32,000 bases of DNA from Moraxella nasovis (GTDB taxonomy: Bacteria; Pseudomonadota; Gammaproteobacteria; Pseudomonadales; Moraxellaceae), in NCBI RefSeq assembly GCF_022701215.1, contig NZ_CP089976.1, positions 1,590,001-1,622,000 on the forward strand, written 5' to 3'. Positions 8,584 to 19,976 of this stretch are shown here, piece by piece; position 1 is the stretch's first letter, and every line of letters begins with the position of its first letter. The position numbers and the translations under genes are program-made. Under the pieces are notes generated by a model, which ran no database searches, was not told the DNA's origin, and saw nothing but the letters and a program-made list of their open reading frames with translations.

Positions 8584-10361
8584 TGACACTTATGACAATC
8601 AAAACAACATCTTTAAACCTAACTCAGCGTTACACAGGTAAAGTACCCGATGAGCTGACGAAGCAGCTAGGTTCTCAGACATTAGCTTTGGTGATGATGG
8701 CTCGAGGCATTGATGATACACGCCTGCTGGATGTCTCGGTGGGCAGCCTATTGCCAGCGACTGATTTATTAGGCATAGATGAAGCAGCAAGACTTATCGA
8801 TCAAGCGATTGATGCAGGTGAGCGTATCTTGGTTGTGGGTGATTTTGATTGTGATGGGGCGACATCGACTGCACTGGTGGTTCGCTGTCTAAGACAGATG
8901 GGCGCGACGGTGGAATTTATCGTGCCAGACCGCTTTAAGTTTGGCTATGGTTTGACGCCAGAAATCGTCACTTACAGTGCTGATAAGTTTAACCCTGATT
9001 TGATTATCACAGTAGATAATGGTATCTCAAGCCATGACGGTGTCCAACAAGCGACCAACCTTGGTATTAAAGTTATTATCACTGACCACCATTTGACCAC
9101 TAAGCCATCCCCAAAAGCTGCTGCTGTCGTCAATCCTAATCAGCAAGGCTGTCAATTTGGCTCTAAGTCATTGGTGGGTGTTGGTGTGGCGTTTTATGTG
9201 ATGGGTCGTGTCGCTAAGCTTCGCCGAGAAGCGAATAAGACCACAACGAATGTATCAAGATACTTGGACTTGGTGGCACTTGGGACGATTGCTGATGTCG
9301 GTGTACTTGACCAAAATAACCGAATCTTAGTCACGCATGGGCTAAATGCTATCCGTGCAGGACGTGCCTGTTTAGGCGTGCTTGCAATACTAGAGCAGGC
9401 GAGCCGAGATTACCAAAAAATCACCAGTGATGATTTTGGTTTTGCCATCGCCCCACGCATTAACGCTGCAGGGCGTATGGATAATATGCGAACTGGCGTG
9501 GAGTGTTTGCTTGCCGATGACTGGGGTGCAGCACATACACTTGCTCTTGAGCTAAATCGTCTCAACCAATCTCGCCGAAGTGTCGAGATGCAGATGCGTG
9601 ATGAGGCAAATAGCATTATTGAAACACTGCATTTAACTGATGAATGTGGCGAGACAAAAGAGCTGCCAAAATCTGTCGTATTATACCAAGACAGCTGGCA
9701 CCAAGGAGTAATTGGGATTGTGGCTGGGCGCATTAAAGAGCGTCTGTATCGTCCGTGCATTGTATTTGCACCAGCGGATGCCAAATGCGTGGGCGATGAT
9801 GATCTGATTAAAGGCTCGGCACGCTCCATCGCAGGTATTCATGTTAGAGACGCCATTGAAGCGGTAGCGGTGGCAAATCCAGAGTTGATTTTACATTTTG
9901 GTGGGCATGCGATGGCAGCGGGGCTGACCATTTATAAGCGTCATTTTACAGCATTTGCTAAGGCCTTTAACCAGGTAATGAACAGCTTTGATGATAAAGT
10001 GTTTAGTGAAGAGCAGTTCACAGATGGCACGCTTTTACCTGAAGATTTTAGCTTACAGTTTGCAACCGATCTAAAAAATATCAGTGTATGGGGTAATGGC
10101 TTTGTTCTGCCAAGCTTTGATGGGGTCTTTCATATCGTAGATGCCAAAGTGCTAAAAGACAAACATTTAAAATTAACACTTAAGCACGATGGCGTGATGT
10201 ATCCTATTGATGCGATTTGGTTTAATTATGATGCTGATCGATGGGATTATCGAGCAAGCCTTGTGCATATCTTATATACGCTTGACATTAATGAATGGAA
10301 AGGTGTTCAAAATATACAGCTTATCATTAAGGATTTAGCGGTTGTCGAAACGACACTTTAG
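8583..10361 (+). CDS. recJ: Single-stranded-DNA-specific exonuclease RecJ
   Basis: DHH-family motifs GDFDCDGATS, ITVDNGIS, ITDHH and DHHA1 GGHAMAAG. Its ATG overlaps the ispH stop (TAATG). Confidence 0.94.
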   Translation: MTLMTIKTTSLNLTQRYTGKVPDELTKQLGSQTLALVMMARGIDDTRLLDVSVGSLLPATDLLGIDEAARLIDQAIDAGERILVVGDFDCDGATSTALVVRCLRQMGATVEFIVPDRFKFGYGLTPEIVTYSADKFNPDLIITVDNGISSHDGVQQATNLGIKVIITDHHLTTKPSPKAAAVVNPNQQGCQFGSKSLVGVGVAFYVMGRVAKLRREANKTTTNVSRYLDLVALGTIADVGVLDQNNRILVTHGLNAIRAGRACLGVLAILEQASRDYQKITSDDFGFAIAPRINAAGRMDNMRTGVECLLADDWGAAHTLALELNRLNQSRRSVEMQMRDEANSIIETLHLTDECGETKELPKSVVLYQDSWHQGVIGIVAGRIKERLYRPCIVFAPADAKCVGDDDLIKGSARSIAGIHVRDAIEAVAVANPELILHFGGHAMAAGLTIYKRHFTAFAKAFNQVMNSFDDKVFSEEQFTDGTLLPEDFSLQFATDLKNISVWGNGFVLPSFDGVFHIVDAKVLKDKHLKLTLKHDGVMYPIDAIWFNYDADRWDYRASLVHILYTLDINEWKGVQNIQLIIKDLAVVETTL

Positions 10362-10457
10362 GGGTAGTCGCTTAAGTTTACCAAAGCGGCTATAAAAATT
10401 TATCGATTTGACTGTATTTTTTTACCAAAATTTAGTAAAATTCGGTTTTACCAGTAG

Positions 10458-12098
<1,641 letters not shown>

Positions 12099-12109
12099 GG
12101 AATAAACGT

Positions 12110-12140
12110 ACCAGACAAAATGTTTGGTGCGTTTAATTTT
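12110..12140 (+). terminator. Possible weak terminator/attenuator hairpin after pyrG
   Basis: ACCAGACA-AAA-TGTTTGGT (8 bp, one G:U pair), followed by GCGTTTAATTTTA. The U-tract is imperfect. Confidence 0.3.
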
Positions 12141-12169
12141 ATAAGTTTGGTAAAATTGAGGATAACACG

Positions 12170-13027
12170 ATGACACAGTTGGTTGCACAGTCGCACATCA
12201 ATGTGGCAGGTATTGAGATTGGTAATGATTTGCCGTTTGTGCTGTTTGGCGGTATGAATGTGCTTGAAAGCCGTGAGCTTGCTTTTGAAATCGCTGAAAA
12301 CTACATTGATATTTGTCAGCGTTTGGGCATTGGCTATGTGTTTAAGGCAAGTTTTGATAAAGCAAATCGTTCCAGTCTGCACTCATTTCGTGGACCTAGT
12401 CTTGAGACAGGCTTAACTTGGCTAAATGATATTAAAGAAAAATACGGCGTGCCTGTTATCACAGATGTTCATGAGCCGTATCAAGCAGCCCCTGCTGCAA
12501 AAGTTGCGGACATTTTACAGTTACCCGCTTTTCTTAGTCGCCAAACTGATCTTGTGAGTGCGATTGCACGAACAGGTGCGGTTATTAATATCAAAAAAGC
12601 CCAGTTTCTTGCACCCCACGAAATGCGTCATATCATTGGTAAATGTCTTGATGCAGGTAATGACAAAGTCATATTATGTGAGCGTGGCTCAAGCTTTGGC
12701 TATAATAATCTGATTGTAGATATGCTTGGCTTTGACACCATGAAAGATATGAATGTGCCTGTCTTTTTTGACGTGACGCACGCTCTACAAAAGCCAGGCG
12801 GGCGTAGCGATAGTGCAGACGGCAGACGCCACCAAATCGTAACACTTGCTCGAGCAGGTATGGCAACAGGCTTGGCAGGATTATTCTTAGAAGCTCACCC
12901 AAATCCTGATGAAGCTAAGTGCGATGGGCCGTGTGCCTTAAGATTAAACCAGCTTGAACCATTCTTAGCTCAGATTAAGACCTTAGACGATACCGTTAAG
13001 AGCTTTGATGTGCTTGATACATATTAA
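12170..13027 (+). CDS. kdsA: 3-deoxy-8-phosphooctulonate synthase (KDO-8-P synthase)
   Basis: Typical KdsA sequence: [44 protein letters not shown]. Confidence 0.96.
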   Translation: MTQLVAQSHINVAGIEIGNDLPFVLFGGMNVLESRELAFEIAENYIDICQRLGIGYVFKASFDKANRSSLHSFRGPSLETGLTWLNDIKEKYGVPVITDVHEPYQAAPAAKVADILQLPAFLSRQTDLVSAIARTGAVINIKKAQFLAPHEMRHIIGKCLDAGNDKVILCERGSSFGYNNLIVDMLGFDTMKDMNVPVFFDVTHALQKPGGRSDSADGRRHQIVTLARAGMATGLAGLFLEAHPNPDEAKCDGPCALRLNQLEPFLAQIKTLDDTVKSFDVLDTY

Positions 13028-13102
13028 AAGATAGATCTGTCTAGCTGCTTGATAAAATTTATGACAGCAAAGCTGTGACAGTCGCCCTAAGTATTTAGCT
13101 AA

Positions 13103-14446
<1,344 letters not shown>

Positions 14447-14459
14447 TTGGTAGAGTAAA

Positions 14460-14849
14460 GTGACTTTTTTAGCGAAACATAAAGACAATAAGTCTATCTA
14501 TGGATTGATCGCTTTAATCATCTTATTTCTTGTTGTGTTTATCTTATTGCAACATCAGTATTGGCGTGGTGAAAATGGCCACGCTAATTTAGTCATACTA
14601 CAACAACAAGTCAAAGAGCAAGAGCGAATCAATGCAGAGAAAATCTACACCAATAACGTTCTGCGTGCCGATGTCAAAGACCTAAAATCTGGCATGGCGG
14701 CAGTTGAAGAACACGCACGTTTAGACTTAGGTCTAATTAAGTCGGGCGAGACATTCGTCCAGCTGTCAAATGCTCCCATCACTTATGTACAAGAAGAGAC
14801 TCGGTCGCAAGAAGACGCAGTAGAGCCGATAGATGCCCCTGAATTATAA
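14460..14849 (+). CDS. ftsB: Cell division protein FtsB (septum formation initiator)
   Basis: Single N-terminal TM segment, then a coiled coil and the AVEEHARLDLGLIKSGETF motif. GTG start, and its position between eno and ispD matches other gammaproteobacteria. Confidence 0.85.
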   Translation: MTFLAKHKDNKSIYGLIALIILFLVVFILLQHQYWRGENGHANLVILQQQVKEQERINAEKIYTNNVLRADVKDLKSGMAAVEEHARLDLGLIKSGETFVQLSNAPITYVQEETRSQEDAVEPIDAPEL

Positions 14850-14853
14850 ATTT

Positions 14854-14882
14854 AAGACTGGCTTTGGCTGGTCTTATTTTTA
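14854..14882 (+). terminator. Possible Rho-independent terminator/attenuator after ftsB
   Basis: AAGACTGGC-TTTG-GCTGGTCTT (9 bp, two G:U pairs) followed by ATTTTTA. Confidence 0.4.
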
Positions 14883-14891
14883 GCCGTTGAT

Positions 14892-15632
14892 ATGGAAATC
14901 TTTATGTCAATTATAAAAACACCACCAAAAATCCACGCACTGATTGTTGCTGCAGGCAAGGGGTCTCGCTTTGGCTCTGATATTCCCAAGCAGTATTTAA
15001 CGCTTGGTGATAAGACTGTGCTAGAGCATAGTATATTAAGACTAAACCACCCAAGTATCGCAGATATGACGATAGTGGTTGCAAAAGACGATAGGCGTGT
15101 ACATACCTTAAAGCCAAAGTTTCATGGCGTGATTAATTATGCCGAAGGTGGGGCAGAGCGTGTGGATTCTGTCATATCAGGCGTCTGCCAAATTCGCCAA
15201 AAAGGTGCTAAAGATGATGATTGGGTGCTAATTCATGACGCTGCTAGAGCTTGCTTGCCTCGAGTAGATTTAGAATGTTTATTGGCTGCTATAAGTTTAG
15301 GCTTAAATGATGCGGTGATATTGGCGACACCTGTTGTGGATACTTTAAGGTATGCAGATGGCGTCACTATTTCGCACACTATTGAACGCCAAAACTTATG
15401 GCAAGCTCAAACGCCACAAGCTTTTCGGCTTGATAAACTAGAAAAGGTGCTAAACACCATCCAACAAGAAAACTTAACCATCACTGATGAAGCAAGTGGC
15501 TTTGAGATGGTGGGTATGCCTGTTAAGATTGTGCAGGGCAGTAGGCTAAATATGAAATTAACCTATCCTGAGGACTTACCACTGCTTGGGCTTATTGTCA
15601 ATCACTTACTTGATGATGAGGCGTTGCCTTGA
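14892..15632 (+). CDS. ispD: 2-C-methyl-D-erythritol 4-phosphate cytidylyltransferase
   Basis: VAAGKGSRFG nucleotide-binding loop, LIHDAARA and QTPQAF motifs. An alternative ATG is at 14904. Confidence 0.93.
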   Translation: MEIFMSIIKTPPKIHALIVAAGKGSRFGSDIPKQYLTLGDKTVLEHSILRLNHPSIADMTIVVAKDDRRVHTLKPKFHGVINYAEGGAERVDSVISGVCQIRQKGAKDDDWVLIHDAARACLPRVDLECLLAAISLGLNDAVILATPVVDTLRYADGVTISHTIERQNLWQAQTPQAFRLDKLEKVLNTIQQENLTITDEASGFEMVGMPVKIVQGSRLNMKLTYPEDLPLLGLIVNHLLDDEALP

Positions 15633-18187
15633 CGATTTGGGTTTTTGCAGGCGTTGTGATTGCGTTATGTTTAGGATTACTATCCATTACACCAAACCTG
15701 CCCCCAAGTTTGCTAAACTCAGCCTTTTTATTAGACGACAGGCTTTTTATATGGCTTAGCTTATCCTGTTTTGTGCTTTGTATCTTGCATGCTGTTTTTA
15801 GCCGTCGCCATGCCGATGGTGTGGCAAAACCTAATCGTCATCTATGGGTTGACCGCTTTTTCTTAAAGCTTGGCATAAATCGTCTGATTATGTTTGGCTT
15901 ACTTGGCTTGATGGCGTGCTTATTTATAATAAGAGTGCTAAGCACGCATGCAGTTTTTGAGCAAAGCGTACCACGCCAAGCCCAGACTGTGCGAGCGACC
16001 GCCACTATTTTAGAGATAAGCGATGGCGTTTATGATGAGCTGACAGGGTCAAGTTATCGCCAAGTTGCTCAGTTATCAGACATATCTTTGGTTCATAATG
16101 CTCATCATCATGCAGTATCAGATCACGCTGATAATCCTTTTTGGCAAGATGGGTCAGCTGACCGCCTAGATGATACGCCCCTTACTGGTACGATGACTGT
16201 ACTATTACGCCAAGACGTGCGTTTTGGCAAAGCAATTAAGTTGCCACCTTTACCACCAAACACTAAGATTGACTTAACTTTATTAATCGAACCCCCAAAT
16301 AAAAAAGCCAATGCAGATGGCTTTAGCGGTTATCGCTGGCTTTATACTCGCCATATCCATGCAAATGCAAAGATAGTGGCGGTGCATGGCAAGCCTAGAT
16401 CTGCTGATGACGGTAGCTTTATCGTAAAATTACAGTCGCTTAGATGGGAGTTAAGAGAGCATTTTTATCAAAATTGGTATCAGTATGACATAAAGATTGC
16501 CCAAGCTCAGGCAGTAGTGCTTAGTCTTTTGACAGGCGACCGTGCACTCATTAATCGTGATACTAAGGACTTATATCAGTTTGCTGGTATTTCCCATTTA
16601 CTTGCCATCTCTGGCACTCATGTGATGTTCTTGGCATTGATATTGGCAGGTTTTCTTGCGACGATGGTCAATCAGCTTTACCCACGAGCATATCAATACA
16701 TTCCTAGAAGGCAGCTACGAGCATGGGTTATGACAGTGGCGGCTTTCGTGTATGCTTGGTTTACAGGCTTTGATGTGCCCGCTGTGCGTACGGTTTATAT
16801 GCTTTTAGCAGTTGTGGTGGTACAGCAGTTAGCATTGCCGATATCGGCAGCCAGCGTGCTTGTGATTGTTGCACTGGCGATGATTTGGCTTGATCCATCA
16901 GTGTTATGGCAGGCAGGCTTTTGGTTATCGTTTATTGCTGTGCTTATTTTAATGCGATATGAAAGTCAGCTGACGGCGTTAGATTTAGACAAGCTGCCAT
17001 TATCACGGCGTATTTTTATTAGGTTTATCATGCTATGTCAAATGCAGATGTGGCTGTTTATTGCCATGCTACCTTTATCCTTGGTGCTGTTTGGCAAGGT
17101 TTCTTTATGGGGACTGTTTGTAAACTTATGGGCAGTGTCTTTGTTTGGGATAGTGATTGTGCCGATTAATCTTTTGGCAGGTGTGCTGTTTATGTTCTTG
17201 CCACATCTTGCAGATTGGCTATGGCAGATTTCTACATACCTTCTATATAGGGTGCATTATGCTCTTGAGCTCATTCGTTTTGGTGATGGCGGTGCGATAT
17301 GGGTGCATTCATTTTTTGGTGGCTTGGGGCTATTGTTATTACTTTTGGCTTTAGGTATTTGGCTTATGCCAAAAATTCTACCAAAATCGCTTGTGGTGTT
17401 ACCCTTGCTTATTTTTACATTCACCGTGATAAATGGGTCAGAAAAACCAAGATCGTCAGGCGTGTCGGTTATTGTCTTAGCAAGTGATATGGCAGGTGCT
17501 AAGCAGATTCTTATCCAAGATGCTAAACGAACAACAAACTGGCTAATTTTAGCAAGCTATGATGATAAGCCTCTCACTAAAGTTCATACAGACACACTTA
17601 TCCATCAGCTAAAAAGACACAGTGTAAGTAGCTTAGCAGGTATTATCGTGCAGACGCCAAGCGATCATCTAGTGCAGACAGTTGCACAGATTAAGGGTGT
17701 TATCCCTGTCGGTGAGTATTGGCAAGCAGGGCATACCAAAAGACAGCTTGTCAATCTAGCGACCCAATCTTGTCATGAAAACAAGTCATGGCAAGGTGAT
17801 GATTTTAGCATTAAAGCCATCACAGGGTGGCCGCAGATTATAGACAGTCAAGTGTGGGATTGCACCATACAAATTAACGCCCCTAAGCTGCATCTTACAG
17901 GTGGCATTGGTATGGATGATGATAGCGACATAACAAGCGTTATCATCAATGCAGCCACCACCGAGAAGTTATGGCAACTGTGGCTGTGGATTTGCCAAGA
18001 TCTAACGACTGATTTATCCCAAAATACCATGTGGCTTAGTCATATTCAGGCGCAGTCAGATTCTCAGGTGATGGATAGATTTGGCGTGCATCACCTAAAA
18101 ATCATCGCAAAACCTACCGCACAAAATATCAGCACCGCCCAAAGACAGATACAGCAGTGGCAACAAATGCAGACGGCTAAGGATTGA
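15629..18187 (+). CDS. comEC: DNA internalization-related competence protein ComEC/Rec2
   Basis: Polytopic protein with the competence-domain signature FAGISHLLAISGTHV. The C-terminal domain is divergent. The predicted TTG start overlaps the ispD stop (TTGA), so the start is uncertain. Confidence 0.85.
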   Translation: MTIWVFAGVVIALCLGLLSITPNLPPSLLNSAFLLDDRLFIWLSLSCFVLCILHAVFSRRHADGVAKPNRHLWVDRFFLKLGINRLIMFGLLGLMACLFIIRVLSTHAVFEQSVPRQAQTVRATATILEISDGVYDELTGSSYRQVAQLSDISLVHNAHHHAVSDHADNPFWQDGSADRLDDTPLTGTMTVLLRQDVRFGKAIKLPPLPPNTKIDLTLLIEPPNKKANADGFSGYRWLYTRHIHANAKIVAVHGKPRSADDGSFIVKLQSLRWELREHFYQNWYQYDIKIAQAQAVVLSLLTGDRALINRDTKDLYQFAGISHLLAISGTHVMFLALILAGFLATMVNQLYPRAYQYIPRRQLRAWVMTVAAFVYAWFTGFDVPAVRTVYMLLAVVVVQQLALPISAASVLVIVALAMIWLDPSVLWQAGFWLSFIAVLILMRYESQLTALDLDKLPLSRRIFIRFIMLCQMQMWLFIAMLPLSLVLFGKVSLWGLFVNLWAVSLFGIVIVPINLLAGVLFMFLPHLADWLWQISTYLLYRVHYALELIRFGDGGAIWVHSFFGGLGLLLLLLALGIWLMPKILPKSLVVLPLLIFTFTVINGSEKPRSSGVSVIVLASDMAGAKQILIQDAKRTTNWLILASYDDKPLTKVHTDTLIHQLKRHSVSSLAGIIVQTPSDHLVQTVAQIKGVIPVGEYWQAGHTKRQLVNLATQSCHENKSWQGDDFSIKAITGWPQIIDSQVWDCTIQINAPKLHLTGGIGMDDDSDITSVIINAATTEKLWQLWLWICQDLTTDLSQNTMWLSHIQAQSDSQVMDRFGVHHLKIIAKPTAQNISTAQRQIQQWQQMQTAKD

Positions 18188-18214
18188 CCTAAGGTGGATA
18201 TTTCGTGATACAAT
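18184..18214 (+). promoter_or_regulatory. Candidate sigma70 promoter for sppA
   Basis: TTGACC (18184-18189), a 19-nt spacer, then extended -10 TGaTACAAT (18206-18214). An AAGGTG SD lies before ATG 18243. Confidence 0.35.
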
Positions 18215-18242
18215 AGGTAAATTTTTATTTTAAGGTGTCATT

Positions 18243-19277
18243 ATGGCTTGGCCACCAAACCCCAATAAAACCCCAACATCACAAGCGGTGCAAACCGACG
18301 CCACAAGACCAACAACCAAAGAGTGGCATTTACTTGAAAAGACCTTGCTTGCTAGTATCGATGAGCAGCGTCGTTCTCGTAGGTGGTCAATATTTTTTAA
18401 GATTCTTACGTTCTTATACATAGCAGCACTGATTTTATTATTAAGTCAGTGCAGTACGACCACGCCGACAACAGGTATGGCAATGCCGATAGACGCATCT
18501 GAGCCACATTTGGCGGTGGTTCATGTTCATGGAGCGATTACAGATACTGGCGAGACGAGTGCTCACAATATCAACGCTGCTTTGATTGACGCATTTGAAA
18601 ATGTGAACGCTAAGGCTATCGCCCTAGATATTAACTCACCGGGTGGTTCGCCTGTGCAGTCAGATGAGATTTGGCAGATGGTGATGGACTTACGCCAAGA
18701 GCATCCTGATAAGAAAGTGTATGCTGTGATTGGCGATATCGGTGCAAGCGGGGCGTATTATATCGCTTCGGCAGCCGATGAGATTTGGGTAAATCCATCA
18801 AGCTTGGTGGGTTCTATTGGTGTTATCATGTCAAGCTATAATGTTAAAGGTCTGATGGATAAGGTGGGCGTTTCAGATACAACTATGACAGCAGGCGAAT
18901 ATAAAGACATTTTAAGCTCAACTCGTGCGATGTCTGATAAAGAGCGTACCCATGTCCAAAACGTGCTGAATGCAACGCACCAAAACTTTATCAATGCCGT
19001 TAAAAAAGGTCGTGGCGATAAGCTAAAAGACCCTGAGAAAAATCAAATCTTTACAGGTCTGTTTTGGGCTGGTTCACAGTCAGTGGAGCTTGGCTTGGCA
19101 GATAAGCTTGGTGGTATGATGAAGCTAAAAAAACAGCTTGACCTACCTGATGTAGATTATAGCTATACTGATCCGATGCAACGCTTTTTTGACCGTTTTG
19201 GTGTGCAGATGGGCAAAGGACTTGGAGAAGGTGTTAAAGTCGGCTTGCAAGAGCAGTCGCAAGCACAGTTACAGTAA
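18243..19277 (+). CDS. sppA: Signal peptide peptidase SppA, 36K type (S49 family, membrane anchored)
   Basis: N-terminal TM segment, INSPGGSPVQS and GDIGASGAYYIASAAD (catalytic Ser) motifs. Confidence 0.88.
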   Translation: MAWPPNPNKTPTSQAVQTDATRPTTKEWHLLEKTLLASIDEQRRSRRWSIFFKILTFLYIAALILLLSQCSTTTPTTGMAMPIDASEPHLAVVHVHGAITDTGETSAHNINAALIDAFENVNAKAIALDINSPGGSPVQSDEIWQMVMDLRQEHPDKKVYAVIGDIGASGAYYIASAADEIWVNPSSLVGSIGVIMSSYNVKGLMDKVGVSDTTMTAGEYKDILSSTRAMSDKERTHVQNVLNATHQNFINAVKKGRGDKLKDPEKNQIFTGLFWAGSQSVELGLADKLGGMMKLKKQLDLPDVDYSYTDPMQRFFDRFGVQMGKGLGEGVKVGLQEQSQAQLQ

Positions 19278-19293
19278 TATAATGACGATAAAT

Positions 19294-19322
19294 AAAAACG
19301 CACTCACAAGGGGTGCGTTTTT
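19294..19322. terminator. Bidirectional Rho-independent terminator between convergent sppA and the RHH gene
   Basis: AAAAACGCAC-(loop)-GTGCGTTTTT, with an A-run on one side and a T-run on the other. Confidence 0.75.
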
Positions 19323-19332
19323 ATTGGTTAGT

Positions 19333-19638
19333 TTAGCCGTCAAGTCCGTTAGGTCGGTTAAGATCAGCTAAGGCTTCATCAATAATGCTTTGGCTTACCC
19401 CTTTTTTGCGTAGCTTTTCGATAAATAAGGTGTCTTTTGCTAGCGAGTAGTTGTTATTATCCCTATCAAGACCTTGGCGGATGTACAGGCGAATCAGCCC
19501 TTGGATACGACGAAAGCCATGCTGTCCTGCGGTATCTTCAAGATGACAGATGATATCTTCAGACAGTCGCAGGTGTACAGGTCGTGTGATGATTTCAGGG
19601 TGGTTTGAGAATTTGTTTTTAATCTTAGGGGATATCAT
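19333..19638 (-). CDS. Hypothetical ribbon-helix-helix (CopG/Arc/MetJ-like) DNA-binding protein, 101 aa
   Basis: The N-terminal pattern RPVHLRLSEDIICHLEDTAGQHGFRRIQGLIRLYIRQGL fits beta-strand, helix, helix. An AAGGA SD lies 5 nt upstream of the ATG. No partner gene is present. Confidence 0.65.
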   Translation of the reverse strand: MISPKIKNKFSNHPEIITRPVHLRLSEDIICHLEDTAGQHGFRRIQGLIRLYIRQGLDRDNNNYSLAKDTLFIEKLRKKGVSQSIIDEALADLNRPNGLDG

Positions 19639-19653
19639 AGCTGTCCTTGATAT

Positions 19654-19690
19654 TAAATTTATGGATACTAAATTTATGCCATTATATCAC
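19654..19690 (-). promoter_or_regulatory. Promoter and putative operator of the RHH gene
   Basis: On the minus strand there is a consensus extended -10, TGaTATAAT (plus-strand 19681-19689). Immediately downstream are two copies of TAAATTTATG (19654-19663, 19669-19678; 15-bp period). Each contains the 8-bp palindrome TAAATTTA. Confidence 0.5.
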
Positions 19691-19734
19691 ATCGGGCAGT
19701 GTCTGCTTATGCCATATTTTGGATTTACTCATAA

Positions 19735-19770
19735 CAAAAAAGCTGATGAATGAACATCAGCTTTTTTTTA
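19735..19770 (-). terminator. Rho-independent terminator of tRNA-Leu
   Basis: AGCTGATG-AATGAA-CATCAGCT stem-loop flanked by an A-run and a T-run, beginning 4 nt after the tRNA CCA end on the minus strand. Confidence 0.75.
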
Positions 19771-19773
19771 ATG

Positions 19774-19858
19774 TGGTGGGGTCGGAGAGACTCGAACTCT
19801 CACAGGTCGCCCCGCTGGAACCTAAATCCAGTGCGTCTACCAATTTCGCCACGACCCC
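19774..19858 (-). tRNA. tRNA-Leu (anticodon UAG), type II with long variable arm and encoded CCA
   Basis: Minus strand reads GGGGTCG-TG-GCG..CGC-A-CTGGA-TTTAGGT-TCCAG-(variable arm)-GAGAG-TTCGAGT-CTCTC-CGACCCC-A-CCA. The cloverleaf folds by hand; 85 nt. Confidence 0.93.
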
Positions 19859-19892
19859 AATAAACAAGCACGGCTTGCTTTGGATGGGGAGC

Positions 19893-19920
19893 ATTATAGC
19901 GTAATTTTAATATTTGGCAA
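19893..19920 (-). promoter_or_regulatory. sigma70 promoter of tRNA-Leu
   Basis: Minus strand: TTGCCA (19915-19920), a 16-nt spacer, then consensus TATAAT (19893-19898). A G/C-rich discriminator GCTCCCC follows, ~30 nt upstream of the mature 5' end. Confidence 0.6.
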
Positions 19921-19976
19921 GTAATTTTCTTAAAAAATAAATGATAATGGCTTAAAAATATCATAATATATTGATT

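Noticed and set aside
9410-9829. 139-aa minus-strand ORF inside recJ
   Set aside because: It is an antisense shadow ORF of a conserved gene, Arg/Ser-rich, with no independent signals. The same reasoning applies to 3816-4172 (in rhomboid), 20383-20733 (in folP), 22584-22925 (in cidA/lrgA), 6213-6524 (in glnS) and 12095-12382 (kdsA start region).
10365-10392. Hairpin TAGTCGCTT-(10 nt)-AAGCGGCTA after recJ
   Set aside because: It has a large loop and one G:U pair and is followed by TAAAAATTTA rather than a U-tract. It is not convincing as a terminator.
19647-19904. 85-aa plus-strand ORF (and 19550-19753, 67 aa)
   Set aside because: They run antisense through the tRNA-Leu gene, its terminator and the RHH gene start, so they are artefacts.
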